Both the position numbers and the translations under genes were made by a program. A stretch of 64,000 nucleotides of DNA from the human T2T-CHM13v2.0 reference genome, Homo sapiens: positions 8,864,001 to 8,928,000 of the forward strand of contig CP068257.2 of assembly GCA_009914755.4 (NCBI GenBank), in the 5' to 3' direction. Shown piece by piece: positions 29,986-43,700 of this stretch. The number at the start of each line of letters is the position of its first letter. Within the stretch, counting starts at the first letter, position 1. The notes beneath the pieces were generated by a model. The model searched no databases. It was not told the origin of the DNA and saw only the letters and a program-made list of their open reading frames with translations.

Positions 29986-32900
29986 GTGGTTCACCTCTGT
30001 GAGTTGAATGGCCTCATCACAAAGAAGTTTCTGAGAATGCTTCTGTCTAATTTTTATGTTAAGATATTTCTGTTTCCACTGAAGGCCTCAAAGCAGTCCA
30101 AATATCCCCTTGCAGATACTACGGAAAGAGTTTTTCAAAACTGCGCTATGAAAAGGTATTTCATCTCTGTGAGTTGAATGCAAACATCACAAAGAAGTTT
30201 CTGAAAATGCTTCTGTCTTCTTTTTATGTGAAGGTATATCATTTTCCACCATAGGCCTCAAAGCTTCCCAAATGTCCACTTGCAGATTCTACAAAAAGTC
30301 TGTTTCAAAACTGCTCTATCAAAAGAAAAGTTCAACTCTCTGAGTTGAATGCACATATCACAAAGAAGTTTCTGAGAATTCTTCTTTCTAGATTTTATGT
30401 GAAGGTATTCCCGTTTCCAACAAAGGCCTCAAATCAGTCCAAATAACCACTTGTGGATTCTACGAAAAGAGTGTTTCAAAACTGCTCTATGAAAAGGTAT
30501 GTTCAACTCTGTGAGTTGAATGCAAACATCACAGAGGAGATTCTGAGAATGCTTCTGTCCAGTTTTTATGTGGAGATATTTCCTTTTCCACCATAGGCCT
30601 CAAAGCTCTCCAAATGACCACTTGCAGATGCTACAAAAACAGTGTTTCAAAACTGTTCTATGAAAATAAAGGTTAACACTGTGAGTTGAATGCAAACATC
30701 GCAAAGAAGTTTCTGAAAATGCTTCTGTCTGGTTTATATGTGAAGGTATATCATTTTCCACCATAGGCCTCAAAGCTCTCCAAATGAACACTTGCAGATG
30801 CTACCAAAACAGTGTTTCAAAACTGCCCTATCAAAATAAAGGTTAACACAGTGAGTTGAATGCAATCATCACAAAGTAGTTGCTGAGAATGCTTCTGTCT
30901 CGTTTTTATGTGAAGATATTCTCGTTTACAATGAAGGCCTCAAAGCATTCCAAATATACACTTGCAGATTCTACGAAAAGAGTGCTTCAAAACTGCTCTA
31001 TGAAAAGGTGTGTTCAACTCTGTGAGTTGAGTGCAAGCGTCACAAAGAAGTTTCTGAGAATCTTTGTGTCTGGTTTTTATGTGAAGATATTTCCTTTTCC
31101 ACCGTAGGCCTCCAAGCTCTCCAAATGTCCACTGGCAGATTCTACAAAAACGGTTTTTCAAAACTGCTCTATCAATAGAAAGCTTCAACTCTGTGAATTG
31201 AATTCACACATCACAAAGAAGTTTCTGAGAATGCTTCCGTCTAGTTTTTATGTGAAGATATTCCTCTTTCCAACGAAGGCCTCAAAGCAGTCCAAATATC
31301 CATTTGCAGATCCTACGAAAAGAGTGTTTCAAAATTGCTCTATGAAAAGGTATGTTCAACTCTGTGAGTTGAATGCAAACGTCACAAACAAGTTTCTGAG
31401 AATGCTTCTGTCTAGTTTTTATGTGAAGATATTTCCTTCTCCACCACAGGCCTCGAAGCTCTGAAAATTTCCACATGCAGATTCTAAAAAAACAGTGCTT
31501 CAAAACAGCTCTATCAAAAGAAAGGTTCAGCTCTGTGAGTTGAATGCACACATCACAAAGAAGGCTCTGAGAATGCTTCTCTCTAGTTTTTATGTGAAGA
31601 TATTCCCGTTTACAAAGAAGGCCTCAAAGCACTCAATATATCCACTTGCAGATTCTAAAAAAACAGTGCTTCAAAACAGCTCTATCAAAAGAAAGGTTCA
31701 GCTCTGTGAGTTGAATGCACACATCACAAAGAAGGCTCTGAGAATGCTTCTCTCTAGTTTTTATGTGAAGATATTCCCGTTTACAAAGAAGGCCTCAAAG
31801 CACTCAATATATCCACTTGCAGATTCCACAAAAAGAGTGTTTCAAAACTGCTCTGTGAAAAGGTATGTTCAACTCTGTGGGTTGAATGCAAACAATACAA
31901 AGAAGTTTCTGAGAATGCTTCCATCTGGTTTTTATGTGAAGGTATTTCCTTTTCCACCACAGGCCTCAAAGCTTTCCAAATGTCCACTTGCAGATTCTAC
32001 AAAAAGAGTGTTTAAAAACTGCTCTACCAAAAGGAAGATTCAACTCTTTGTTTTGAATGTGCAGATCACAAAGAAGTTTCTGAGAATGCTTCTGTCTAGT
32101 TTTTATGTGAAGATATTCCCGTTTCCAACGAAGGCCTCTAAGCAGTACAAATATCCACTTTGCAGATTTTGCGAAAAGAGTGTTTCCAAACTGCTCTATC
32201 AAAAGAAACGTTCAACTCTGTGAGTTGAATGCACACATCACATAGAAATTTCCCAGAATTCTTCTGTCTAGTTCTTATGTGAAGATATTCCCGTTTCCGA
32301 CGAAGGCCTCAAAGCAGTCCAAATATCCACTTGCAGATTCTACGAAACGAGTGTTTCAAAACTGCTCTATGAAAAGGTATGTTCAAATCTGTGAGTTGAA
32401 TGCACACATCACAAAGAACTTTCTGAGAATGCATCTGTCTAGATTTATGTAAAGATATTCCTGTTTCAAAGAAAACCTAAAAGCAGTCCAAATATCCACT
32501 TGCAGATTCTACGAAAAGAGTGTTTCAAAACTCCTCTATGAAAAGGTATTTTCAACTTTGTGAGTTGAATGCAAACAGCACAAAGAAGTTTCTCAGAATG
32601 CTTCTGTCTGGTTTTTATGTGAAGATATTTTCTTTCTCACCATAGGCCTCAAAGCTCTCCAAATGTCCACTTGCAGATTCTTCAAAAAGAGTGTTTCAAG
32701 ACTGCTCTATGAAAAGAAAGGTTCAAGTGTGTGAGTTGAATGCCCACATCACAAAGAAGTTTCTGAGAATGCTTTTGTCTACTTTTTATTTGAAGATATT
32801 CACATTTCCAACGAAGGCCTGAAAGCATTCCAATTATCCATTTGCATATTCTACCAAAAGAGTTTTCCAAAGCTGCTCTATGTAAAGGTATGTCCGTCTC

Positions 32901-33401
32901 TGTGAGTTGAATGCAAACATAACAAATTAGGTACTGAGAATGTTTCTGTCTAGTTTTCATGGGAAGGTATTTCCATTTCCACCATATGCTTCAAAAGTCT
33001 CCAAATGTCCTCTTGCAGATTCTATAAAAACAGTGTTTCAAAACAGCTCTATCAAAAGAAAGGTTCAACTCTATGAGTTGAATGCCCACATCACAAAGGT
33101 GTTTCTGAGAATGCTTCTGTCTAGTTTTTATGTGAAGATATTCCCGTTTCCAACGAGGTCCTTAAAGCAGTCCAAATATCCTCTTGCAGATTCTACAAAA
33201 AGAGTGTTTCAAAACTGCTCTACGAAAAGTTATTTTCAACTCTGTGAGTTGAATGCAAATATCACAAAGATGTTTTTGAGAATGCTTCTGTCCAGTTTTT
33301 ATGTAAAGATATTTCCTTTTCCACTGTAGGCCTCAAAGCTCTCTTGGCTTTGCACTTGCAGATTCTACAAAAAGAATGTTTCAAACTGCTCCTTCAAAAG
33401 A
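29986..33401 (-). repeat. HOR copy 4 (20 monomers, 3416 bp)
   Basis: Landmark spacing 29986 to 33402. Differs from copy 3 by only a few substitutions and a 3-bp indel. Confidence 0.8.
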
Positions 33402-34249
33402 GTGGTTCAGCTCTGTGAGTTGAATGGCCTCATCACAAAGAAGTTTCTGAGAATGCTTCTGTCTAATTTTTATGTTAAGATATTTCTGTTTCCACTGAAG
33501 GCCTCAAAGCAGTCCAAATATCCCCTTGCAGATACTACGAAAAGAGTTTTTCAAAACTGCGCTATGAAAAGGTATTTCATCTCTGTGAGTTGAATGCAAA
33601 CATCACAAAGAAGTTTCTGAAAATGCTTCTGTCTTCTTTTTATGTGAAGGTATATCATTTTCCACCATAGGCCTCAAAGCTTCCCAAATGTCCACTTGCA
33701 GATTCTACAAATGTCTGTTTCAAAACTGCTCTATCAAAAGAAAAGTTCAACTCTCTGAGTTGAATGCACATATCACAAAGAAGTTTCTGAGAATTCTTCT
33801 TTCTAGATTTTATGTGAAGGTATTCCCGTTTCCAACAAAGGCCTCAAATCAGTCCAAATATCCACTTGTGGATTCTACGAAAAGAGTGTTTCAAAACTGC
33901 TCTATGAAAAGGTATGTTCAACTCTGTGAGTTGAATGCAAACATCACAGAGGAGATTCTGAGAATGCTTCTGTCCAGTTTTTATGTGGAGATATTTCCTT
34001 TTCCACCAAAGGCCTCAAAGCTCTCCAAATGACCACTTGCAGATGCTACAAAAACAGTGTTTCAAAACTGTTCTATGAAAATAAAGGTTAACACTGTGAG
34101 TTGAATGCAATCATCACAAAGTAGTTGCTGAGAATGCTTCTGTCTCGTTTTTTTGTGAAGATATTCTCATTTACAGCGAAGGCCTCAAAGCAGTCCAAAT
34201 ATACACTTGCAGATTCTACGAAAAGAGTGTTTCAAAACTGCTCTATGTA

Positions 34250-37200
34250 AAGTTATGTTCACCTCTCTTAGTTGAATGCAAACATCACAAAGAAGTTTCT
34301 GAGAATTTTTCTATCTAGTTTTTATGTGAGGATATTTCCTTTTCCACTGTAGGCCTCAAAGCTCTCCAAATGTCCACTTGCAGATTGTACAAAGTGAGTG
34401 CTTCAAAACTGCTCTATCAAAAGAAAGGTTCAAATCTCTGAGTTGAATGCCCACATCAAAAAGTTTTTTCTGAGAATGCTTCTATCTAGTTTTTATATGA
34501 AGATATTCCCGTTTCCAACGTAGTCCTTAAAGTAGTCCAAATATCCAATTGCAGATTAAACGAAAAGGGTGTTTCAAAACTGCTCTATGAAATGTTATGT
34601 TCATCTCTGTGTTGGTTGAATGCAAACATCACAAAGAACGTTCTGAAAATGCTTCTGTTTCGTTTTTATGTGAAGATTTTCCCATTTCCAACGAAGGTCT
34701 CAAAGCCGTCCACATATCCATTTGCAGATTCTACGAAAAGTGTGTTTCGAAACTTCTCTATGAAAAGGTGTGTTTAATTCTGTGAGTTGAATGCAACCAT
34801 CACAAAGAAGTTTCTGAGAATCCTCCTGTCTAATTTTTATGTGAAGATATTCCCTTTTCCAACCAAGGCCTTAAAGCAGTCCAAATATCCATTTGCAGTT
34901 TCTACGAAAAGAATGTCTCAAATCTGCTCTATGATAAGGTACTTTCAACTCTGTGAGTTGAATGCGCACATCACAAAGAAGTTTCTGAGAATGCTTATGT
35001 CTAGTTTTTATGTGAAGATATTCCCATTTCCATCGAAGGCCTCAAAGCTGTCCAAATACACACTTGCAGATTCCACGAAAAGAGTGTTTCAAATCTGAGA
35101 TACGACAACGTATGTTCAACTCTTTGTGTTGAACGTAAACATCACAAAGAGGTTTCTAAGAATGCTTCTGTCTAGCTTTTATGTGAAAATATTTCCTTTT
35201 CCACCTTAGGCCTCAAATCTTTCCAAATGTCCACTTGCAGATTCTACTAAAAGGGTGTTTCAAAACTTCTCTACCAAAAGAAAGGTTCAACTCTGTGAGT
35301 GGAATGCACACATCACAAATAAGTTTCTGAGAATGCTTCTGTCTCATTTTTAAGTGAAGATATTCCCGTTTCCAATGAAATCCTCAAGGCAGTCCAAATA
35401 TCCACTTGCAGATTCTACAAAAAGAGTGTTTCAAAACTGCTCTATGAAAAGATATGTTCAACTCTGTGAGTTGAGTGAAAATATCACAAAGAAGTTTCTG
35501 AGAATGCTTCTGTCTAGTTTTTATGTGAAGATATTTCCTTTTCCAATGTAGGCCTCAAAGCTTTCCGAATGTCCACTTACAGATTCTGCAAAAGAGTGTT
35601 TCAAATCTACTCTCTCAAAAGAAAATTTCAACTCTGTGAGTTGAAGACGCACATCACAAAGCAGTTTTTGAGAATCCTTCGGTCTAGTTTTTATGTGAAG
35701 ATATTCCCGTTTCCAATGAAGGCCTAAAATTAGTCCAAATATCCAATTGTAGATGCTACGAAAAGAGTATTTCAAAACTGCTTTGTGAAAAGGTATGTTC
35801 AACTCCTTGAGTTGAATGCCAACATCACAAACAAATTTCTGAGAATGCTTCTGTCCAGTTTTCTTGTGAAGATATTTCCTTTTCCACCATAGGCCTCAAA
35901 GATCTCCAAATGTCCACTTGCAGATTCTACAAAAAGAGTGTTTCAAAACTGCTCTATCAAAGAAAGGTTCAACTCTGTGAGTTGAATGCACACATCAAAA
36001 AGCAGTTCCTCAGAATGCTTCTGTGTTGTTTTTATGTGAAGGTATTTCGTTTTTCACCATAGGCCTCAAAACGCTACAAATGTCCACTTGCAGTTTCCAC
36101 AAAAAGAGTGAATCAAAACTGCTCTATCAAAAGAACGGTTCAACTCTGTGAGTTGAATGCACACATCACAAAGAAGATTCTGAGAATGTTTCTGTCTAGT
36201 TCTTGTGAAGATATCCCTTTTCCATCAAAGGCCTCAAAGCGGTCCAATTATACACTTGCAAATTCTACAAAAAGAGTGTTTCAAAACTGCTCTATGAAAA
36301 GGAATTTTCAACTTTGTGAGTTGAGTGCACACATCACAAAGAAGTTTCTGAGAATACTGCTGTGTTGTTTTTAGGTGAAGATGTTTCCTTTTTCACCACA
36401 GGCCACAAAGCGCTCCAAATATCCACTTGCAGATTGTACAAAAAAAGTGTTTCAAAGCTGCTCTATCAAAAAAAAGCTTCAACTCTCTGAGTTGAGTGCA
36501 TCCATCCCAAAGAAGTTTCTGAGAATGCTTCTGTCTAGTTTTTATGTGAAGATATTTCCTTTTTCACCATAGGCCTCAAAGCATTACAAATGTCCAATTG
36601 CAGATATTACAAAAAGAGTGTTTCAAAACTGCTCTATCAATAGAAAGGTTCAACTCTGAGAATTGAATGCACACATCACAAAGAAGTTTCTGAGAATGTT
36701 TCTGTCAAGTTTTCTTGAAGATATCTCGTTTCCAACGAAGTTCTCAAAGCGGTCCAAATATCCACTTGCAAATTCTACAAAAAGAGTGTTTCAAAATTGC
36801 TCTATGAAAAGGAGTGTTCCACTCTGTGAGTTGAAAGGAAACAACACAAAGAAGTTTCTGAGAATGCTTCTGTGTAGTTTTTATGTGAAGATATTTCCTT
36901 TTTCACCATTGGCCTCAAAGCCCTCCAAAAGTCCAGTTGCAGATTCTACAAAAAGGTAGTTTCAAAACTGCTCTATCAAAGGAAAGGTTCAACTCTGTGG
37001 ATTGAATGCACACATTACAAAGAAGTTTCTGAGAATGCTTCTGTCTAGTTTTTATGTGAAGATACTTCGTTTTTCACCATAGACTTCAAAGTGCCCTAAA
37101 TGTCCACTTGCAGGTTCTCCAAAAAGAGTGCTTCAAATCTCCTCTATCAAAAGAAAGTTTCAACTCTCTGAGTTGAATGCACACATTACAAAATTATCTG

Positions 37201-40200
37201 AGAATGCTTCTGTGAAGTATTTATGAGAAGATATTTCCTTTTTCACCATAGGCCTGAAGGAGCACCAAATGTTCACTTGCAGATTCTATATAAAGAGTGT
37301 TTCAAAACTGCTCTATCAAAAGAAAGGTTCAACTCTGAGTTGAACGAACACATCACCAATAAATTTCTGATAATTATTCCATCCACTTTTTATGTGAAGG
37401 TATCCCCTTTCCAATGACTTCCTCAAAGCGGTCCAAATATCCACTTACACATTCTACAAAAAGAGTGTTTCAAAACTGCTCTATTAAAAGAAAGTTTCAA
37501 CTCTGTGAGGTGAATGTACACATCACAAAGAAGTTTCTGAGAATGCTTCTGCCTAGTTTTTATGTGAAAATATTTTCTTTTTCACCATAGGCTTCAAAGC
37601 ACTCCAATTGTCCACTTGCAAATAGTTTAAAAAGAGTGTTTCAAAATTGCTCTATCAAAAGAAAGGTTGAACTCTGTGGGTTGAATGCACACATCACAAA
37701 GAAGTTTGTGAGAATGCTTCTGTCTAGTTTTTATGTGAAGATACTTCGTTTTTCACTATAGGCCCCAAAGGGCTCCAAATGTCCAGTTGCAGATTCTACA
37801 AAGAGAGTGTTTCAAATCTGCTCTATCAAAAGAAAGGTTCAACTCTGTGAGTTGAATGCACACATCACAAGGAAGATTCTGAGAATGCTTCTGTCTAGTT
37901 TTTATGTGAAGATAGTTCCTTTTACACCTTAGGCCTCAAGGAGCTCCAAATGTCCACTTGCAGATTCTACAAAAGGAATGTTTCAAAACTGCTCTATCAA
38001 AAGCAAGGTTCAATTCTTTGAGATGAACGCACACATCACAAAGGAGTTTCTGGGAATGCTTCTGTCTAGTTTTTAAGTGAAGATGTTCCTTTTCCAATGA
38101 AGGCCTCAAAGCCGTCCAAATATCCACTTGCAAATTCTTCAAAAAGAGTGTTTCAAAACTGCTCAATGAAAAGGAATGTTCAACTCTGTGAGTTGAAAGC
38201 AAACGTCACAAAGAAGTTACTGAGAATGCTTCTGTTTAGTTTTTATGTGAAGATATTTCCTTTTTCACCATAGGCTTCAAAGCGCTCCAAATGTCCACTT
38301 TCAGATTCTACAAAAAAAGTGTTTCAAAACTGCTGTATGAAAAGAAAAGTTGAATTCTCTGAGTTGAATGCACACATCTGAAAAATGTTTATGAGAATGC
38401 TTCTGTGAAGTTTTTATGTGAAGATATTTCCTTTTTCACTGTAGGTATCAAAGAGCTCCAAACGTCCACTTGCGGATTCTACAAAAAGAGTGTTTCAAAA
38501 CTGCTCTATCAAAAGAAATGTTCAATTCTGTGAGTTGAATGCACACATCACAAAGAAGTTCCTGAGAATGCTTCTGGGTAGTTTTTGTGTGAAGATATTT
38601 CCTTTTTCACCATAGGATTCAAAGCGTTCCAAATGTCCACTTGCAGATTCTACAAAAAATGTGTTTCAAAATTGCCCTATCAAAAGAAAGGCTCAACTCT
38701 GTGAGTTGAATGCATACATTCCAAGGAAGATTCTGAGAATGCTTCTGTCTAGTTTTTATGTGAAGATATTTCCTTTGTCACTTCAGGCCTCAAAGTGCAC
38801 CAAATGTCCACTTGCAGATACTACAAAAAGAATGTTTCCAAACTGCACTATCAGAAGAACGGTTTAACTCTGATAGTTGAATGCACACATCACAAAGAAG
38901 TTTCTGAGAATGCTTCTGTCTAGTTTTTGTGAAGATATCCCAATTCTCAAGAATGCCTCAAAGTGGTCAAAATACCCACTTGTAAATTCTACAAAAAGAG
39001 TGCTTCAAAACTGCTGTATGAAAAGGAATGTTCAACTCTGTGAGTTGAATGCAACCAACACAAAGAAGTTTCTGAGAATGCTTCTGTGTAGTTTTTAGGT
39101 AAAGATATTTCCTTTTTCACCATAGGCCTCAAAGTGCTCCAAATGTCCAGTTGCAGATATTTCAAAAAGATTGTTTCAAAACTACTCTATCAAAAGAAAG
39201 GTTCAACTCTGTGAGTTGAATGCACACAGCACAAAGAAGTTTCTGGGAATGCTTCTGTCTAGTTTTTATGTGAAGATATTTCCTTTTTCACCATTAGCCT
39301 CAAAGCACTCAAATGTCCACTTGCAGATTCTAAAAAAAAGAGTGTTTCAAAACTTCTCTATCAAAAGAAAGGTTCAAAACTTTGAGTTGAATGCACACAT
39401 CCCAAAGAAGTTTCTGGCAATGCCTCTTTCTAGTTTTTATGTGAAGATATTCCTTTTCCAATGAAGGTCTCCAAGCCGTCCAAATATTCAATTGCAAATT
39501 CTACAAAAATAGTGTTTCAAAACTGCTCTATGAAAAGCAATGTTCAACTTGTGAGTTGAAAGCAAACATCACAAAGAATTTTCTGAGAATCCTTCTGTGT
39601 AGTTTTAATGTGAAGATGTTTCCTTTTTCACCATAGGCTTCAAAGTGCTTCAAATGTCTACTTGCAGATTCTACAAAAAGAGTGTTTCAAAACTCCTCTA
39701 TCAAAAGAAAGGTTCAACCTTTTGAGTTGAATCCACACCCCACAAAGAAGTTAATGGGAATGCTTCTGTCTAGTTTTTGTGAAGATATCCCTTTTCCAAC
39801 GAAGTCCTCATATTGGTCCAAATATACACTTGCAAATTCGACAAAAAGAGTGTTTCAAAACTGCTTTATGAAAACGAATGTTCAACTCTGTTAGTTGAAA
39901 GTGAACAACACAGGAAGTTTCTCAGAATGCTTCTGTGTAGTTGTTATGTCAACATATTTCCTTTTTCACCATAGCCCTCAAAGCACTCCAAATGTCCCCT
40001 TGCAGATTCTACAAAAAGAGGGTTTCAAAACTGCTCTATCAAAGAAGGCTTCAAAGCTGTACAAATATCCACTTGCAAATTCTACAAAAAGTGTTTTTCA
40101 AAACTGCTCAATGAAAAGGAATGTTCACCTCTCTGAGTTGAAAGCAAAACACACAAAGAAGATTCTGAGAATGCTTCTGTCTGGTTTTTATGTGAAGATA

Positions 40201-40728
40201 TTTCCTTTTTCACCATAGGCCTCAAAGCACTCCAAATGTCCACTTGCAGATTGAAAAAAAAAAGAGTGTTTCAAAACTGCTCTATCAAAAGAACGGTTCA
40301 AGTCTGTGAGTTGAATTCACACATCAAAAAGAAGTTTCTGAGAATGCTTCTATATATTTTTTGTGAAGATATCACATTTCTAATGAAGGCCTCAAAGCGA
40401 TCCAAATATGCACTTGCAAATTCTTCAAAAAGAGTGTTTCAAACATCTCAATGAAAAGAAATGTTCAGATCCGTGTCTTGAATGCACACATCACAAAGAA
40501 GTTTGTGAGAATTGTTCTGTCTAGTTTTTATGTGAAGATACTTCGTTTTTCACTATAGGACCCAAAGGGCTCCAAATGTCCAGTTGCAGATCCTACAAAG
40601 AGAGTGTTTCAAAACTGCTCTATCAAAAGAAAGGTTCAACTCTGTGAGTTGAATGCACACATCAAAAGGAAGATTCTGAGAATGCTTCTGTCTAGTTTTT
40701 GTGTGAAGATATTTCCTTTTTCACCTTT
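34250..40728 (-). repeat. Alpha satellite, divergent monomeric array, reverse orientation, increasingly degenerate toward the HSat3 junction
   Basis: 171-bp monomers in the same orientation as 13323-34250, but with no HOR-level identity and many monomers degenerate (e.g. ...TTTTGTGAAGATATCCC..., with deletions inside monomers). The array ends in a truncated monomer, ...GATATTTCCTTTTTCACCTTTTT, at ~40728. Confidence 0.85.
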
Positions 40729-43700
40729 TTCACTCCATTCCACTCGAGTTGATGCCATTCCATATCATTGCACTCGAGGCTACTTCATTCCATTCCATTC
40801 CAATCCATTCTTTTCGTGTCCATTCAATTCAAATGCATTCCATTCCATTCCATTCCATTCCATTCCATTCCATTCCATTCCATTTTACTCGAGTTGATTC
40901 CATTCCATTCTATTGCATTCCATTCCAATCCATTCCATTCCATTCCATTCCACTCCAGTTGATTCCATTCAATTCTATTGCATTGGAGGCCAGTTCATTC
41001 CATTCCATTCCTTTCCATTCTAATGCATTCCATTTCATTCCCTTCCAACCCATTCCATTCCATTCCATTCCATTCCATTCCATTCCACTTGACTCCATAC
41101 CATTTCATTCTATAGCATTCCATTCCATTCCATTCCATTCCATTTCACTCCATTCCACTCGAGATGATTCCATTGCATTCTATTGCATTTGAGGCCACTC
41201 CTTTCCATTCCATTCCATTCCATTCTCTTCGGGTCCATTCAATTCAAATGCATTCCATTCCATTCCATTCCAGTCGAGGTGATTCCATTCCATTCTATTG
41301 CATTCCATTCCATTCCATTGCATTCCATTCCATTCCATTGCATTCCATTCCATTCCATTCCATTCCATTCCATTCCACTCGAGTTGATTCCATTCCATTC
41401 TAATGCATTCCATTCCATTCCATTCCATTCCAACCCATTCCATTCCATTCCACTCGACTTGATTCCATTCCATTATATTGCATTCGAGGCCACTTCATTC
41501 GATTCCATTCATTTCCATTCAATTCTTTTCGTGTCCATTCAAGTCACATGCATTCCATTCCATTGCATTCCATTCCATTCCGTTCGAATCCATTCCATTC
41601 CATTCCATTCCACTCAAGTGGATTCCATTCCATTCCATTCCATTCCATTGTATTCCATTCCATTTCACTGCATTCCATTCCATTCCATTCCATTGCATTC
41701 CATTCTGTTCCAGGTGAATTGATTCCATTCCATTCCATTCCATTCCATTCCATTCCATTCCATTGCATTCCATTCCATTCCACTGCAGTTGATACCATTC
41801 CATTCTATTGCATTTCATTCCATTCCATTCCATTCCATTCTATTCCATTCCATTCCATTCTATTCCATTCCATTCCATTCCATTCCGTTCCATTTCACTC
41901 CATTCCACTCAAGATGATTCCGTTGCAATCTAATCTATTGCATTCGAGGCCACTTCATTCCATTCCATTCCATTCCATTCTCTTCAGGTCCATTCAATTC
42001 AAATGCATTCCATTCCATTCCATTCCAGTCAACTCGAGTTGATTCCATTCCATTCTATTGCATTGTACTGCATTCCATTCCATTCCATTCCATTCCATTC
42101 CATTCCATTCCATTACATTACATTCCATTCCACTCGAGTTGATTCCATTCCACTTTATAGCATTCCATGCCATTCCATTCCATTCCATTCCATTCCACTC
42201 GAGCTGATACCATTCCATTCTATTGAATTCCATCCCATTCCATTCCATTCCATTCAATTCCACTCCATTCCATTCGAGATGATTCCATTGCAATCTATTG
42301 CATTCGAGTCCACTTAATTCCATTCCATTCCATTCCATTCCATTCCATTCCATTCCATTCCATTCCATTCTCCTGGGTCCATTCAATTCAATTGCATTCG
42401 ATTCAATTCCATTCCATTCCATTCCATTCCATTCAACTCGAGGTGATTCTGTTCCATTCTATAGCATTCCATTCTGTTCCATTCCACACCATTTCATTCC
42501 ATTACATTCCATTACATTCATTCCATTCCAATCCATTCCATTCCACTCCATTTCATTCCATTTCATTCCACTCCATTCCATTCCATTCCATTCCATTCCA
42601 TTCCACTCCATTCCATTCCATTCCATTCCATTCCATTCCATTCCACTCGAGTTGATTCCATTCCATTCTATTGCATTCCATTCCATTCCATTCAATTCCA
42701 TTTCACTACATTCCACTTGAGATGATTCTATTGCAATCTATTGCAGTCGAGGCCACTTCATTCCATTCCACTCCATTCCATTCTCTTCGGGTCCATTCAA
42801 TTAAAATGCTTTCCATTCCATTCCATTCCATTCCATTCCATTCCATTCAACTCGAGTTGATTCCATTCCATTCTATTGCATTCCATTCCATTCCGTTCCA
42901 TTCCATTCCTTTCCATTCCATTGCATTCCATGCCATACCACTCGAGATGATTCCATTCCAATCTATTGCATTCCATGCCATTCCTTTCCATTCCATTCCA
43001 TTCCATTCCACTCGAGATACCATTCCATTCCTTTGCAGTCCATTCCATTCCACTCGAGATACCATTCCATTCCTTTGCATTCCACTAGAGATGATTCCAT
43101 TCCATTCTATTGCATTCGAAGCCACTTCATTCCATTCCATTCCATTCCAATCTCTTCAGGTCCATTCAATTCAAATGCATTCCATTCCACTCCATCCCAT
43201 TCCATTCCAATCCATTCCATACCATTCCATTCGAGTTGATTCCATTTCATTCTAATGCATTCCATTCCATTCTGTTCCATTCCATTCTATTCCACTCGAA
43301 TTGATTCCATTCCATTCTATTGCATTCCATTCCATTCCATTCCATTCCATTCCATTCCATTCTCTTCCATTCCATTCAACTCCATTCCATTCCACTTGAG
43401 TTGATTCCATTCCATTCTATTGCATTCCATTCCATTCCATTCTATTCCATTCCACTCGAGTTGATACCATTCCATTCAATTGCATTGAATTTCATTCCAT
43501 TCCATTCTGTTCCATTCCATTCCAATCCACTCGAGTTGATTCCATTCCACTCTAATGCATTCCATTCCATTCCATTCCATTCCATTCCATTCCATTCCAT
43601 TCCATTCCATTCCATTCCATTCCAATCGAGTTGATTCCATTTCATTCTATTGCATTGCATTCCATTCCATTCCATTCTATTCCATTACACTCGATTTGAT

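Larger units (their letters stand above)
18330..34250 (-). repeat. Alpha-satellite higher-order repeat array: ~20-monomer (3.42 kb) HOR, ~4.6 copies, with whole-monomer indel variants
   Basis: Identical or near-identical landmark segments recur at 18541, 22810, 26567, 29986 and 33402, giving periods of 4269, 3757, 3419 and 3416 bp. Other landmarks repeat with the same periods (19775/24043/27461/30880 and 20093/24361/27780/31198). The base unit of 3419 bp is 20 x 171 bp. Copies 1 and 2 carry 2 extra monomers (3 rather than 1 between the landmarks at ~19143/23412 and ~19655/23925). Copy 1 additionally carries 3 extra copies of one monomer. Copies 1 and 2, and copies 3 and 4, form near-identical pairs (~98-99% identity). 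HOR homology ends at ~34150-34250. Confidence 0.85.

Noticed and set aside
18330-34250. Assigning the HOR to a named D#Z# locus or a chromosome
   Set aside because: I cannot reliably recall a 20-mer, 3.42-kb HOR with these monomer variants. Assignment needs alignment to T2T HOR libraries, so it is left unassigned.
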